Position numbers and translations under genes: made by a program
Part shown: one piece after another, positions 19,424-30,449 of the stretch
Numbering within the stretch: position 1 is the stretch's first letter
Layout: every line of letters starts with the position of its first letter
Assembly (NCBI GenBank): GCA_034670025.1
Contig: JAXMOE010000001.1
Coordinates: 619,099-683,098 of the forward strand
Direction: 5' to 3'
Source of the DNA: Chlorobiota bacterium
Lineage (GTDB): Bacteria; Bacteroidota; Ignavibacteria; Kapaibacteriales; UBA2268
Length of the DNA: 64,000 nucleotides
The notes under the pieces: generated by a model
What the model was told of the DNA's origin: nothing
Seen by the model: the letters and a program-made list of their open reading frames with translations, nothing else
Databases searched by the model: none

Positions 19424-20005
19424 TTAAGAACTTTCAAGCATTTTTTTAATTTCATCCCTTAAATTTGCAGCTTTTTCGTAATTTTCTTCTTCAATCGCTT
19501 TTTCTAAGTTATTTTGGAGCTGTTCAATCTTTGATTTACCAGTAAATTCTGATTTTTTTGCTTTCACTGAACTATCATCTTCGCCTTCTTCTTCAAAATC
19601 ATCAATCGATTCTACTGCATTATTATCCATAATATAAGAATCAATATAGATAGGGCAGTTAAATCTTACTGCCAATGCAATAGCATCTGATGGTCTGGAA
19701 TCTATTTCTATTCCCGAATTTTTCAAAATCAATTTTGAAAAGAAAGTGCCGTCTTGCAAATCATTAATATATACTTGTCCAATCTCATCATCTAATTCAT
19801 CGATTATCTTCTTAATCAAATCATGAGTCATAGGTCTAGGGGTTACAATTCCTTCTATTTCCAAAGCAATGGCTTGTGCTTCGAACGCACCAATAATAAT
19901 AGGGAGTCGTTTGTCGCCATCCGACTCCTTTAATATAAGTGCAAAAGCATTATTACTTGCAGTGCTTGCAGAAATACCTAAAACCGTTAATTCAATCTTA
20001 TCCAT
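19424..20005 (-). CDS. Bifunctional nuclease (BFN/DUF151) family protein with C-terminal UVR domain
   Basis: BFN-like N-terminal region of about 130 aa, an acidic linker, and a C-terminal UvrB/UvrC-type UVR helix (ENYEKAANLRDEIKKM). Confidence 0.55.
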   Translation of the reverse strand: MDKIELTVLGISASTASNNAFALILKESDGDKRLPIIIGAFEAQAIALEIEGIVTPRPMTHDLIKKIIDELDDEIGQVYINDLQDGTFFSKLILKNSGIEIDSRPSDAIALAVRFNCPIYIDSYIMDNNAVESIDDFEEEGEDDSSVKAKKSEFTGKSKIEQLQNNLEKAIEEENYEKAANLRDEIKKMLESS

Positions 20006-20955
20006 TAACCGTGTGCCTTAATTTTATCTGTTAGTTTTGGTAATACTTCAAATACATCACCAACTATACCATAGTCAGTAACTTTGAATATAGGTGCTTC
20101 ACTGTCTTTGTTGATAGCTACAATTATCTTAGAGCTCGACATACCAGCCAAATGTTGTACTGCACCTGAGATAGCACATGCAACGTATAAGCTAGGGGAA
20201 ACAGTCTTACCTGTTTGTCCAACTTGCTCACTGTGTGGTCTCCAACCAGCATCAACTACAGCTCTTGAAGCTCCAACAGCTCCGCCAAGTGCGTCTGCCA
20301 AATTCTCTACTAAATTGAAGTTTTCTGGTTCTTTCAGTCCACGACCACCAGAAACAACAATATCAGCTTCTGCTACATCGAGCTTACCTTCATTTTTTGC
20401 AATATTAGTGTATTTTACTGCATTAGCTGATTCATCAACACTAACTTCTTCTACTTGTGCATCAGAATCATTTAACTCTTTTGCAGTAAATACATTTGGT
20501 CTAAGTGAAAGAACTTTGTTAGCAGTGTTAATTTTGCTTTTAATTTGTGCTTTACCAGCATAAACTGGCTTAGTAGCTGTAATTGAATCACCATTAGCTT
20601 CAATTCCAGTACAGTCAGAAATGTACCCAGCTTCTAATTGAACAGAAACACGTGGCGCAACTTCCTTACCAATAGAATCAGCTGAGAATAATACTGTATC
20701 AAAAGAGTTGCTTTTCGCATAATCTGAAATTGATTTTGCTAATGCAGGCGCTTCACCTTTCAATGAGTCATTCTTAAGATTGACTACATTGCCAGCACCA
20801 TATTTTCCAGCTGTTTTTAAGTTGTTCACGTCACCATTGAGTGCAATTGCAGTTATATTATCAGAAGAAGTCAACAAGTTAGCAGCAGTAATTGCTTCGT
20901 TTGAACTTCTTTTTAATTTTCCGCCTTGTTCTTCTATAAATACTAATACTTTCAT
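20005..20955 (-). CDS. etfA: Electron transfer flavoprotein alpha subunit
   Basis: FAD-binding signature VGQTGKTVSPSLYVACAISGAVQHLAGM and the VVSGGRGL motif. Confidence 0.9.
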   Translation of the reverse strand: MKVLVFIEEQGGKLKRSSNEAITAANLLTSSDNITAIALNGDVNNLKTAGKYGAGNVVNLKNDSLKGEAPALAKSISDYAKSNSFDTVLFSADSIGKEVAPRVSVQLEAGYISDCTGIEANGDSITATKPVYAGKAQIKSKINTANKVLSLRPNVFTAKELNDSDAQVEEVSVDESANAVKYTNIAKNEGKLDVAEADIVVSGGRGLKEPENFNLVENLADALGGAVGASRAVVDAGWRPHSEQVGQTGKTVSPSLYVACAISGAVQHLAGMSSSKIIVAINKDSEAPIFKVTDYGIVGDVFEVLPKLTDKIKAHG

Positions 20956-20964
20956 TTTATCTCC

Positions 20965-21714
20965 TTATATAACTTTTGCTTCTTCGTGTAATAACCTAAC
21001 TAATTCATTAATGTCCGCTTCACTGTCCGTAAGAATCTTACCAGCTCTATTTTTTTCAGGAATAGCCATTTCAACTAACTCAGTTCTTAGAGCAGTTTCT
21101 TCAGCATCTCTGTCTTCTATTGGCTTTTTCTTAGCTTTCATAATCTGAGGAAGCTTAGGGTAGCGAGGATCTTTTATTCCTTTTTGAACACTAACTATAG
21201 CAGGTAGGGAAGATTCAAAACTAACTTTTCCACCTTCAATATCTTTTTCGCCTTTGATAGAACCTTCTGAATATTCTAATTGAGAAACAACATCAACAGA
21301 TGGTAAATCTAACAATCCACCAAGCATAGAGCTCATTTGGAATGAGTCAAAGTCTATACTTTGTTTACCCAAGAAAATAATATCAGGGTTTAGCTCTTTT
21401 GCAACATTAGATATGTTTTTTGCAACGAAATATGAATCTTTTTCTAATTGATTTGCTTTGATGTGGATAGCTTTGTCAGCTCCCATAGCAAGAGCAGTTC
21501 TCAAAATATCAGTAGCAGAACCATCAGCAACAGTAACAACTGTTAACTCTCCACCATTTTTTTCTTTTAATTGTATTGCTTCTTCCAAAGCGTATTCATC
21601 ATAAGGATTTAAAATAAATTTAACTCCAGCTGTATCTAACGACTTGTTATCAGAAGATACTTTAATTTTTGCAGCTGTATCGGGAACTCTTGATACACAA
21701 ACTAAAATATTCAT
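20965..21714 (-). CDS. etfB: Electron transfer flavoprotein beta subunit
   Basis: EtfB fold of about 250 aa, immediately upstream of etfA on the same strand. Confidence 0.9.
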   Translation of the reverse strand: MNILVCVSRVPDTAAKIKVSSDNKSLDTAGVKFILNPYDEYALEEAIQLKEKNGGELTVVTVADGSATDILRTALAMGADKAIHIKANQLEKDSYFVAKNISNVAKELNPDIIFLGKQSIDFDSFQMSSMLGGLLDLPSVDVVSQLEYSEGSIKGEKDIEGGKVSFESSLPAIVSVQKGIKDPRYPKLPQIMKAKKKPIEDRDAEETALRTELVEMAIPEKNRAGKILTDSEADINELVRLLHEEAKVI

Positions 21715-21798
21715 ATACTTTCCTTTTTATTTTTTTACTTTTATATAGATTACAAATATAATTATTATTGAATTAGATTAATAAATTGTTACTAATTC

Positions 21799-24651
21799 TT
21801 ATTTGAATTCTTCTTTCAAATACTTCCCTGTAAGACTCTTTTTGCTCTTAATTATTTTTTCAGGTGTACCCTCAAATATAATTTCTCCGCCATCATCACC
21901 ACCCATTGGTCCCATATCAATTATCCAATCTGAGGAGTGAATTACATCAAGATTATGTTCTATTACAACAACTGTGTTTCCTTTATCTGCAAGTTTGTTT
22001 AATAACTTGAGAAGTAAGTTAATATCTTCAAAATGTAACCCTGTTGTTGGTTCATCTAATAGGAATAAAGTTTTTCCAGTGCTTCTTTTAGAAAGTTCTG
22101 TTGAAAGTTTTACTCTTTGTGCCTCACCACCAGATAGAGTAGGGGATTGTTGCCCTAATGTCAAGTAGCCAAGTCCAACATCATTTAATATTTTCAATTT
22201 TCGTTTAATCTTAGGTATTTTATCAAAATACTCCAATGATTCTGAAATAGGCATAGACAAAACATCGGCTATTGATTTACCCTTATATTTTACTTGCAAT
22301 GTTTCTTGATTGTAACGCTTACCATTGCAAACATCACATTGAACATATACATCGGGAAGAAAATTCATTTCGATTTTTTTCATTCCCGCACCTTGACATT
22401 CCTCGCATCTACCACCTTGCACATTGAATGAGAATCTACCTGTGCTATAACCCCTTATTTTTGCTTCGGGTAGTTGAGCATAAAAGTCTCTAATTAAAGT
22501 GAATAAACCAGTATAAGTTGCTGGGTTGCTTCGTGGTGTTTTCCCAATAGGAGTTTGATCTATTTCAATAACTTTATCAATATTGTCAATGCCTTTTATC
22601 TTGTCATATTCTAATGGTTTAGCTTTAGAAACAGTGAACTTTCTTTTTAGAATTGGGACTAATGTGTCATTAATCAATGAAGATTTACCAGAACCACTCA
22701 TACCAGTTATTGTAATAAATTTACCTAATGGTAGAGTTAAATTTACATTCTTTAAGTTGTTCCCTTTTGCTCCAATAAGTTCTAATTTCTTTTTGTTACC
22801 GTCTCTTCTTTCTATCTTTTGGGTTAAGTAATCAGTATTGTTGAGATACTTTATGGTATGCGATTTTTTATTATTCTTTTTAACTGCATCTTTAGGTTTA
22901 TCACTAACTAATATTTCACCACCTTGAACTCCAGCACCAGGGCCAATATCAATAAGGTAATCTGACTCAACAATCATTTGTTTGTCGTGCTCAACTACAA
23001 TAAGGGTGTTTCCTAAATCACGTAGTTTCTTCAGTGATTCGATTAACTTGTTATTATCATGCTGATGAAGACCAATCGATGGCTCGTCTAACACGTACAT
23101 TATACCTACTAAGCGTGACCCAATTTGTGATGCCAATCTAATTCTTTGAGATTCGCCTCCTGAGAGTGATTTAGAGCTTCTGGATAATGTTAAATAATTT
23201 AGACCAACTTCTTCCAAAAATTCAAGTCTATCTATGATTTGTGTTATAATAACTTTAGCTAATGTTAATTTTCTTTTTTCAACAGATTTTGGAATGCTTT
23301 TTATAAAATCTTTAGCATCAGTTATATTCATAGAACTGACATCATATATGTTTTTATTATTGATTCTAACAAACAAACTGCGTTGCTGTAATCTACCACC
23401 ATTACATTTTTTACAAATATGCTGATTCATATACTTCTGCATTCTTTTCTTTTTCGGTGGGTTAGCAGTCTCATATTGATGTTCAAGTATAGGAATAAGG
23501 CCAGAAAACGAATGTTTGTAGCTAATCTTATCACCACCAAAGCTGTATTCAGAATCAATTTCCAAATCTTCAGTACCGTTAAATATCAAATCAAGTGAGT
23601 CTTTATCTACTTCATTTAGTGGTAGCTTCATATCTAAACCTATTTTATTAGATATTTTATCAATCTGTTTGTATATAACCGAGTTACGTTTGTCAGCAAA
23701 AGCTAAACCACCTCGTGAAATAGATTTTTCTTCATCTTCAATTAATAGTGATTTATCAAAGTCTAATAAATAACCCAATCCATCACATTTTTCGCAAGCA
23801 CCATAGCCAGAGTTAAATGAAAACTTATTTGGAGCTAATTTACTATATGCTTCCCCAGAAATGGGACAAGTATAATGAATGCTATATGTTTTTTCAACCC
23901 AATCTCTCGACTTTTGAGATAGCACATAGATAACACCATCCCCTTTTTTTAAAGCTAGCTCTACGGATTCATTAATTCTATTTTCAATTTCTTTACTTGG
24001 TATCAGTCTATCTAAAACTAACTCAATATCGTGAATCTTATATCTTGAAAGCTGCATACCAGGTTCAATGTCCTTAACATTACCATCAACTCTTACCTTA
24101 GTGAAGCCTTGCTTTCTGAATTGTTCGAACAGCTCTCTATAATGACCTTTTCTACCTCGAATTACTGGAGCTAAAATCATTATTTTCTTACCATCATAAT
24201 CATTTATAATTTCATTTAAGATTTGATCTTTACTTCTTTGAACCACTGGTACATTGTGTTCTACCGAATACTGAGTACCAATTTTAGTGAATAGCAACCT
24301 TAGGAAATCATATATTTCAGTTACAGTACCAACTGTAGATCTGGGACTATTGCTCAATGTTTTTTGTTCTATTGAAATGGCAGGAGATAGGCCTTCAATT
24401 CTATCTACATCAGGTTTTTTCATCATATTCAAATACTGTTTAGCATTTGAAGAAAGACACTCTATGTATCTTCTTTGCCCTTCTGCGAATAGTGTATCGA
24501 AAGCTAAACTTGATTTACCTGATCCCGATAGTCCAGTTATAACAGTTAATTTATCACGAGGGATAGTGACATTTATATTTTTTAAATTATGTTCCTTAGC
24601 ACCATATACTTTTATGGTTTCTAATTCTTCTTCTTTTGTTTTTATTGGCAT
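21799..24651 (-). CDS. uvrA: Excinuclease ABC subunit A
   Basis: Two ABC ATPase modules (GLSGSGKSSLAFDT, GMSGSGKSSL), zinc-finger Cys clusters, and a length of 950 aa. Confidence 0.95.
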   Translation of the reverse strand: MPIKTKEEELETIKVYGAKEHNLKNINVTIPRDKLTVITGLSGSGKSSLAFDTLFAEGQRRYIECLSSNAKQYLNMMKKPDVDRIEGLSPAISIEQKTLSNSPRSTVGTVTEIYDFLRLLFTKIGTQYSVEHNVPVVQRSKDQILNEIINDYDGKKIMILAPVIRGRKGHYRELFEQFRKQGFTKVRVDGNVKDIEPGMQLSRYKIHDIELVLDRLIPSKEIENRINESVELALKKGDGVIYVLSQKSRDWVEKTYSIHYTCPISGEAYSKLAPNKFSFNSGYGACEKCDGLGYLLDFDKSLLIEDEEKSISRGGLAFADKRNSVIYKQIDKISNKIGLDMKLPLNEVDKDSLDLIFNGTEDLEIDSEYSFGGDKISYKHSFSGLIPILEHQYETANPPKKKRMQKYMNQHICKKCNGGRLQQRSLFVRINNKNIYDVSSMNITDAKDFIKSIPKSVEKRKLTLAKVIITQIIDRLEFLEEVGLNYLTLSRSSKSLSGGESQRIRLASQIGSRLVGIMYVLDEPSIGLHQHDNNKLIESLKKLRDLGNTLIVVEHDKQMIVESDYLIDIGPGAGVQGGEILVSDKPKDAVKKNNKKSHTIKYLNNTDYLTQKIERRDGNKKKLELIGAKGNNLKNVNLTLPLGKFITITGMSGSGKSSLINDTLVPILKRKFTVSKAKPLEYDKIKGIDNIDKVIEIDQTPIGKTPRSNPATYTGLFTLIRDFYAQLPEAKIRGYSTGRFSFNVQGGRCEECQGAGMKKIEMNFLPDVYVQCDVCNGKRYNQETLQVKYKGKSIADVLSMPISESLEYFDKIPKIKRKLKILNDVGLGYLTLGQQSPTLSGGEAQRVKLSTELSKRSTGKTLFLLDEPTTGLHFEDINLLLKLLNKLADKGNTVVVIEHNLDVIHSSDWIIDMGPMGGDDGGEIIFEGTPEKIIKSKKSLTGKYLKEEFK

Positions 24652-24738
24652 TAAAGATTTAATAATGGTGTAGAATTAATTAATTTATAACGAATGAAAG
24701 TACAAATAATTTATAATTAGCTACTAAAAGATATAAAT

Positions 24739-26004
24739 ATGTCAAATAAGAAAGAAAGAATAGGTTGGTATTTGTTCGATTGGGCCATATCCGCATTTTC
24801 AACTACTGTTATTACAGTTTTTATGGGCCCTTATCTAACAACAATAGCAGAAAATGCAGCAGTCAATGGGAAGTTAGAACTCTTAGGTCTTTCAATTAAC
24901 CCTGGTTCTTATTTTGGATACGTAATTTCTCTATCAGTTCTGTTCCAAGTATTTTTACTGCCACTAATAGGGGCTTACACGGATAAGACTGGCAAGAAAA
25001 AATCAATTTTGGCTTTATTTTCGACTATTGGTGCTGTTGCGACTTCTATGCTATTTTTCTTAGAAGGTAGTAATTTCCATTTAGGTGGAGCATTATTGTT
25101 TGTTTCAAATCTTGCATTTGGTGCATCAATGGTAGTCTATAACACATTTCTTAATGATATATCTACAGAGTCAGAAAGAGATAAGGTTTCATCTATTGGA
25201 TGGGGAGTTGGATTTCTTGGTGGGGGAGTGTTGCTACTTATGAATCTTATACTATATTCCAATTTTGATAACTACGGTTTTACTGAAGGAGAGGCTGTTA
25301 GAATATCTCTTTCGAGTGCAGGTATCTGGTGGCTTCTTTTCTCATTTGTCACATTTAAGTATCTACGAAAAGATAAGTTAAAAAAAAACAATCAGAATAT
25401 AAAGCAAATATCAAGCTTCAAACAGCTTGTTACAACTTTAAAAGAATTAAGAAAAGAGAAAAAGGCATTCAACTTCCTTATAGCTTATTTGTTTTATAAC
25501 GATGGTGTTCAAGCAGTAATCACATTTTCTGCATTATTTGGAGCAAAAGAATTAGGTTTAGAACAAAGCACTTTGATTACAGCAATATTGATGGTTCAGT
25601 TTGTTGCATTTTTTGGCTCTATGATTTTCAACAAAGCTGCAAGTAAATATTCCGCTAAGAATATAATACTATTTAGTTTAATAATATGGGTACTATCATT
25701 GTTCTATGCTTACCAGTTTCTCTACACTGCCACAGATTTCTATACATTGGCATTCGTAATTGCTTTAGTTTTGGGGGGAACACAAGCACTTAGTCGTTCC
25801 TTATTCTCAAAGTTAATACCTAATGAGAAAGAAACTGAGTATTACAGCTTTTATGAAATATCTGAACGCGGTACTTCGTGGATAGGTTACTTTCTATTCA
25901 GCTTTACTTTAGATATGACTGATTCATATAGATTAGCAATTTTATCATTGATAGTGCTGTTTGTGATAGGTGGAATACTACTTAAAAAGGCAAAATTAGA
26001 TTAA
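24739..26004 (+). CDS. MFS-superfamily transporter
   Basis: About 12 predicted TM helices with a central cytoplasmic loop, 421 aa. Confidence 0.65.
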   Translation: MSNKKERIGWYLFDWAISAFSTTVITVFMGPYLTTIAENAAVNGKLELLGLSINPGSYFGYVISLSVLFQVFLLPLIGAYTDKTGKKKSILALFSTIGAVATSMLFFLEGSNFHLGGALLFVSNLAFGASMVVYNTFLNDISTESERDKVSSIGWGVGFLGGGVLLLMNLILYSNFDNYGFTEGEAVRISLSSAGIWWLLFSFVTFKYLRKDKLKKNNQNIKQISSFKQLVTTLKELRKEKKAFNFLIAYLFYNDGVQAVITFSALFGAKELGLEQSTLITAILMVQFVAFFGSMIFNKAASKYSAKNIILFSLIIWVLSLFYAYQFLYTATDFYTLAFVIALVLGGTQALSRSLFSKLIPNEKETEYYSFYEISERGTSWIGYFLFSFTLDMTDSYRLAILSLIVLFVIGGILLKKAKLD

Positions 26005-27372
26005 TTACCTTAGTACGTCAAAGACTACCACTATCACCATAAGCGTTAATAATAACAGCATTCCTATATTCTGTATAGCCATTTTAAGTTTGATGGGGAG
26101 TTCTTTTCTTATTATTGCCTCTATTAATACTATTAGTAAATGGCCTCCATCTAAAGCTGGTACTGGTAGGATATTTAGTAATGCTAAAGATAATGAAAGA
26201 GCAGCCATAAATACTAAGAATGTATCTAAACCCCTTTCTGCAGACTCAGCAGATTGTTTAGCTATCATAATTGGACCACCAACAGCACTCTCGAAAGCTA
26301 TATTCCCTTTGAAAATTTGACTAATACTTGTTATTATTAAATCAATGTATTGTATTGTTTTATCAAATCCTAATACGAGGGATTCACCAAAACCAAAAGT
26401 AACTGTTTCAAACTCACCAGTGCTAATCTCATAAAGCCCAGCACCAATTTTACCATTTTCATTAGGAGTAATTTCTACGGTTTCTAATCCAGATTTCCGA
26501 TTCAAATCAATTTTAAAAGTTTGATTCTTATTAGTTTGAACTATACTGATAAATTGTTTGACAGAATAAATATCTTTACCTGCCGCATTTATAACAGTGT
26601 CTCCAACAGCTAAACCTGCTTCGCCCGCTGGCTCTAATGTTAGTATTTCACTTAGTACTACTTTATTGCCTTTAGGGCTAATTCCTAAACCTTCTTTGTT
26701 AGTTAATGTTTCTAACAGTTCTTTATTACTGGCAGTTAATGTTGCTTGGTTTCCATTTCTAAGGACTGTTACTTTCTTATCTTTTCCTAAATCATTAATC
26801 ATTAGGTTATCAATCAAATCTGACCAATTATTAACATCATTATTATTGATTGATAATACTTTGTCACCAGATTGCAAACCAATTTCTGAAGCTAAAGTGT
26901 TATCCGTAACATAGCCAATCTCATTAGTTTTTAGGTTAGATTCTCCATTTGAAAAAGTTAACCATGAAAAAATACCCACTGCAAGAAGAAAATTCATGAT
27001 AACTCCAGCACTAAGTACAAAAGCTTTTTTCAATGCACCTTTTGATCTAAATTCATAAGGTTTTGGGTCTGTTTCAATTAAATCATTGTCCATTCCTTCA
27101 TCAACCATACCCGATATCTTTACATACCCACCAATTGGCAGTAAAGATAACCGGTAATCAGTATGATCCTCACCATCCCAATCTTTTGGTAAATTTCCAG
27201 TAGTGAAACCAGTAATTCTATTCCAACCAATTAGTCTTTTACCCATACCTACAGAAAATATTTCTGCACGCATTCCGGTTAACCTAGCAGCTAAAAAATG
27301 ACCTAATTCATGTATAAATACAAGTACACCAAGTACTATAATAAAGTAAAATAGACTATTAAAAAATTCCAT
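26005..27372 (-). CDS. rseP: RIP site-2 metalloprotease RseP (M50 family) with PDZ domains
   Basis: HELGHFLAA zinc motif, PDZ domains, and a C-terminal LDGG motif (PALDGGHLL). Confidence 0.9.
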   Translation of the reverse strand: MEFFNSLFYFIIVLGVLVFIHELGHFLAARLTGMRAEIFSVGMGKRLIGWNRITGFTTGNLPKDWDGEDHTDYRLSLLPIGGYVKISGMVDEGMDNDLIETDPKPYEFRSKGALKKAFVLSAGVIMNFLLAVGIFSWLTFSNGESNLKTNEIGYVTDNTLASEIGLQSGDKVLSINNNDVNNWSDLIDNLMINDLGKDKKVTVLRNGNQATLTASNKELLETLTNKEGLGISPKGNKVVLSEILTLEPAGEAGLAVGDTVINAAGKDIYSVKQFISIVQTNKNQTFKIDLNRKSGLETVEITPNENGKIGAGLYEISTGEFETVTFGFGESLVLGFDKTIQYIDLIITSISQIFKGNIAFESAVGGPIMIAKQSAESAERGLDTFLVFMAALSLSLALLNILPVPALDGGHLLIVLIEAIIRKELPIKLKMAIQNIGMLLLLTLMVIVVVFDVLR

Positions 27373-27376
27373 GTAA

Positions 27377-28537
27377 TTAAAATTGGTTTATATATTCAGT
27401 GGTTCTAATTCTTGCCTCATTGTCGGCATTTATTATTTCATCTAATGACGGATTATCTACTATTTCAATTTTATCTAACATATAACTATTAATTATTGAA
27501 ATATCTTTGAAACTAATTTTTTCTTTTAGAAATGAATCAACAGTTATTTCATTAATAGCATTGAGCACTGCACTTGAAGTCCCCCCACTTTCGATTGATT
27601 TGAATGCCAAACCAAGGTTTGTGAATTTATCGTAATCAGGCTCAAAGAAAGTAAGTTTAGAAATCTTAGCTAAATTTAATCTTTCGTAACTGTATGGTTT
27701 GTGTTCAGGGAAGTTTAGTGCATAAGCAATTGGCACCTTCATATCAGGAAGTCCTAATTGTGCTTTTACTGAAGTATCATTGAACTCTACCATTGAGTGA
27801 ATTATACTTTGTGGGTGTATTACAACTTCAATATCTTTAGAATCTATTCCAAATAGCCAATAAGCTTCAATAACTTCTAATCCTTTGTTCATAAGAGTAG
27901 CAGAGTCAATTGTAATCTTACTTCCCATTTCCCAATTTGGATGATTTAATGCATCTTTTAAAGTTATAGAATCAAATTTTTCTAGAGATAAATTTAGAAA
28001 AGGACCACCGCTTGCAGTTAATATTATTTTATTGACTTCATTTATATTCTCTCCAGTCAGGCATTGTTGTATAGCACTATGTTCGCTATCGATAGGGAAG
28101 ATGTTGACATTGTTCCTTTTGGCTGCTTCTGTAATAACTTTTCCAGCAGCGACTAATGTTTCTTTGTTTGCAAGACCAATGTCAATGCCATTTTTGATTG
28201 CGTTTAATGTAGGTATTACCCCAGAAAACCCAACTAAAGAGGACACTATTAAATCTGTGGTTTCGTTACTAGTTAATTTATCAAGCCCGTCTGAACCAAA
28301 TAGAACTTCCCCTTTATAGGAAGTATTTTTCCTAAATTCAAAATATTTTGATTCATCACAAATTACAACACCAATATTTGGATTAAATTTATGGCATTGT
28401 GATTCTAATAGTTCAATGTTACCATTGGTTGTTAGAAAGTCAATTTCTATTGATTCAGATTCAGAAACTACTTCAAGTGTTTGTGTTCCAATAGAGCCAG
28501 TAGAACCTAATATACTTATAGATCTATTTTTTTCCAT
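27377..28537 (-). CDS. dxr: 1-deoxy-D-xylulose 5-phosphate reductoisomerase
   Basis: N-terminal ILGSTGSIGTQTL NADPH motif, 386 aa. Confidence 0.9.
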   Translation of the reverse strand: MEKNRSISILGSTGSIGTQTLEVVSESESIEIDFLTTNGNIELLESQCHKFNPNIGVVICDESKYFEFRKNTSYKGEVLFGSDGLDKLTSNETTDLIVSSLVGFSGVIPTLNAIKNGIDIGLANKETLVAAGKVITEAAKRNNVNIFPIDSEHSAIQQCLTGENINEVNKIILTASGGPFLNLSLEKFDSITLKDALNHPNWEMGSKITIDSATLMNKGLEVIEAYWLFGIDSKDIEVVIHPQSIIHSMVEFNDTSVKAQLGLPDMKVPIAYALNFPEHKPYSYERLNLAKISKLTFFEPDYDKFTNLGLAFKSIESGGTSSAVLNAINEITVDSFLKEKISFKDISIINSYMLDKIEIVDNPSLDEIINADNEARIRTTEYINQF

Positions 28538-30182
28538 TCAAATATTCCGAAGTTATATCTGTTTGCTGTTTCATAGAATTGAATTTGAATTGATTAATAC
28601 TCATACTATCAGCTTGTTTGATAGAAATTTTAACGAAGTATTTTATCATCAACTTTGATAATCGAGATAAAGTTCCACTAGTCATATAGTCAGCAATATC
28701 TGGATGCACTACTAATTCTAACCTAAATTCATTAGTTTTTGCTCTAAAATTCCTTAGCCATCTTTCAATTTGGTTGAGTAATACACTTTTACTTGTTATT
28801 TTACCTGTACCTAGACAAGTGGGGCAGAGGTCTGATATCTTTTCGCTAATATTTTGATTGATTCTCTGTCTAGTTATTTGTAATAAACAAAGCTTAGTCA
28901 ACGGATAGATAGTGGTTTTTGCTCTATCTTTAGTTAATTCATTACTCATAGCATGATAAACCTTCTTTCTATTGGAAGGGTTTTTCATGTCAATAAAATC
29001 TATGAGAATAATCCCAGCTAAATCTCTGAGTCTTAAATGTCTTGCAATCTCCTTCAGCACTTCCATATTAGTTCTGAAAGCCGTACCTTCTTGATCTTTT
29101 TCAACTGACCTGCCAGAATTTATATCTATTACTATCATGGCTTCAGTTTGATCAATTACAAATGAAGCTCCTGATTTTAATCTTACGGTTCTTTGGAAAG
29201 TATGTGCAATGTCTTTTTCTATTCCATAACAATCAAATAGAGACTGTTTGCCTTTGTAGTAAGTAACTTTATCGAGTAATGCAGGGCTCTTCTTCTTCAG
29301 ATAACCCACAATTTCTGTGTGAAGCTTTTTAGAATCAATAAGTACTTCATTGATATCTTTAGTAAATAAATCTCTAATGATGCTAGAAGTCAGATGCATG
29401 TCTTGATAAACTAAAGTAGGTGGGGTAGATTTCTCTACTTTTGCTTCAATTTCATTCCAGGTAGTTATCAAGCTGTCCCAATCGTCTTTCAATTCAGAAT
29501 CAGATTTACCGTGGGCGGCAGTTCTAATAATACACCCAGAACCTTTTGGTAAGGTTTTACGTGCAAGCTTTCTTAGTCTAGATCTTTCCTTATGCGACCG
29601 GATTTTTTTTGAGACTCCAATCCAGTTTTCAAACGGAAGAAAAACAACATTTCTACCTGGTAGAGAAACTTTAGAGGTTACTTTTACTCCTTTGGTTCCA
29701 TAAGCTTCACGAGTAACCTGAACAAGTATGTCTTGCCCTTCTTCTAAGTTAATCTGAATATCACCAGAGCTCTTTGTCGAAAAAGTAGCTTCAGAAGTAA
29801 TATTCTTTTTGATTGCATTAGTTTTTCTTAGTGCAACATCTGTTGATATTTGTTCTTCAGACTTTTTAGATTTATCTACAGCTTTGGAAAGTTTTTCAGT
29901 TTCATCTTCTTCTTCAACATCTTCTTCATCCTCAATCTCAACTTCACTTTCTAGTGACTCATCAACATCAGAGAAATGTAAAAAAGCATCATGTTTTTTA
30001 CCAATACTGATAAATGCAGCATTGAGACCTTGAACTATTCTGTTTACTTTACCTAAATAGATGTTACCTAACAATTTTTCTTTGTCTGGTAAATCGATAA
30101 AGTATTCAGCGAGTTTGTTGTCTTCAGTTATTGCAATTCTGACTTCATTAATAGTAGAATTGATTAAAATTTTCTTATTCAT
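28524..30182 (-). CDS. rng: Ribonuclease E/G family endoribonuclease
   Basis: N-terminal S1 domain, the catalytic DNase-I-like core, and a Zn-link CPxCxGxG motif (CPTCLGTG). Confidence 0.8.
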   Translation of the reverse strand: MNKKILINSTINEVRIAITEDNKLAEYFIDLPDKEKLLGNIYLGKVNRIVQGLNAAFISIGKKHDAFLHFSDVDESLESEVEIEDEEDVEEEDETEKLSKAVDKSKKSEEQISTDVALRKTNAIKKNITSEATFSTKSSGDIQINLEEGQDILVQVTREAYGTKGVKVTSKVSLPGRNVVFLPFENWIGVSKKIRSHKERSRLRKLARKTLPKGSGCIIRTAAHGKSDSELKDDWDSLITTWNEIEAKVEKSTPPTLVYQDMHLTSSIIRDLFTKDINEVLIDSKKLHTEIVGYLKKKSPALLDKVTYYKGKQSLFDCYGIEKDIAHTFQRTVRLKSGASFVIDQTEAMIVIDINSGRSVEKDQEGTAFRTNMEVLKEIARHLRLRDLAGIILIDFIDMKNPSNRKKVYHAMSNELTKDRAKTTIYPLTKLCLLQITRQRINQNISEKISDLCPTCLGTGKITSKSVLLNQIERWLRNFRAKTNEFRLELVVHPDIADYMTSGTLSRLSKLMIKYFVKISIKQADSMSINQFKFNSMKQQTDITSEYLNGKK

Positions 30183-30320
30183 AGAAACAAATATACGATA
30201 AATAATAAAAAAAAGGCCAAGAAATTAAACACACTTTCAAAAAACTTACCGCTGCTTCATTTCTGACCTGACGGAATTCAGTCTAATCCAGTTGCTTAAC
30301 TCTTGACCAATTTTTATAAG

Positions 30321-30394
30321 TACGCCGAATAGGATTCGAACCTATGACCTACAGCTTAGAAGGCTGTTGCTCTATCCAGCTGAGCTACCGGCGC
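30321..30394 (-). tRNA. tRNA-Arg (anticodon TCT)
   Basis: The reverse complement reads GCGCCGG-TA-GCTCAGCTGGATAGAGC-A-ACAGC-CTTCTAA-GCTGT-AGGTC-ATAGG-TTCGAAT-CCTAT-TCGGCGT-A; it closely resembles argU-type tRNAs. Confidence 0.8.
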
Positions 30395-30449
30395 AAAAAC
30401 GATTACAAAAATAACAGGATTTATTTAGAATCCAAAGTATTTTTTAAAA

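Noticed and set aside
20084-21148. Plus-strand ORFs 20084-20563 (159 aa) and 20780-21148 (122 aa), antisense to etfA/etfB
   Set aside because: They lie entirely within well-supported etf genes on the opposite strand. Their composition is low-complexity and Ala/Ser/Leu-rich, as expected for antisense frames of a coding region. No SD or independent support was seen.
30183-30449. tRNA-Arg(TCT) locus as a genomic-island insertion site
   Set aside because: argU-type tRNAs are frequent integration targets. Here, however, the adjacent genes are rng/dxr on one side and the ccm cluster on the other. There is no integrase and no duplicated tRNA 3' fragment within the window.
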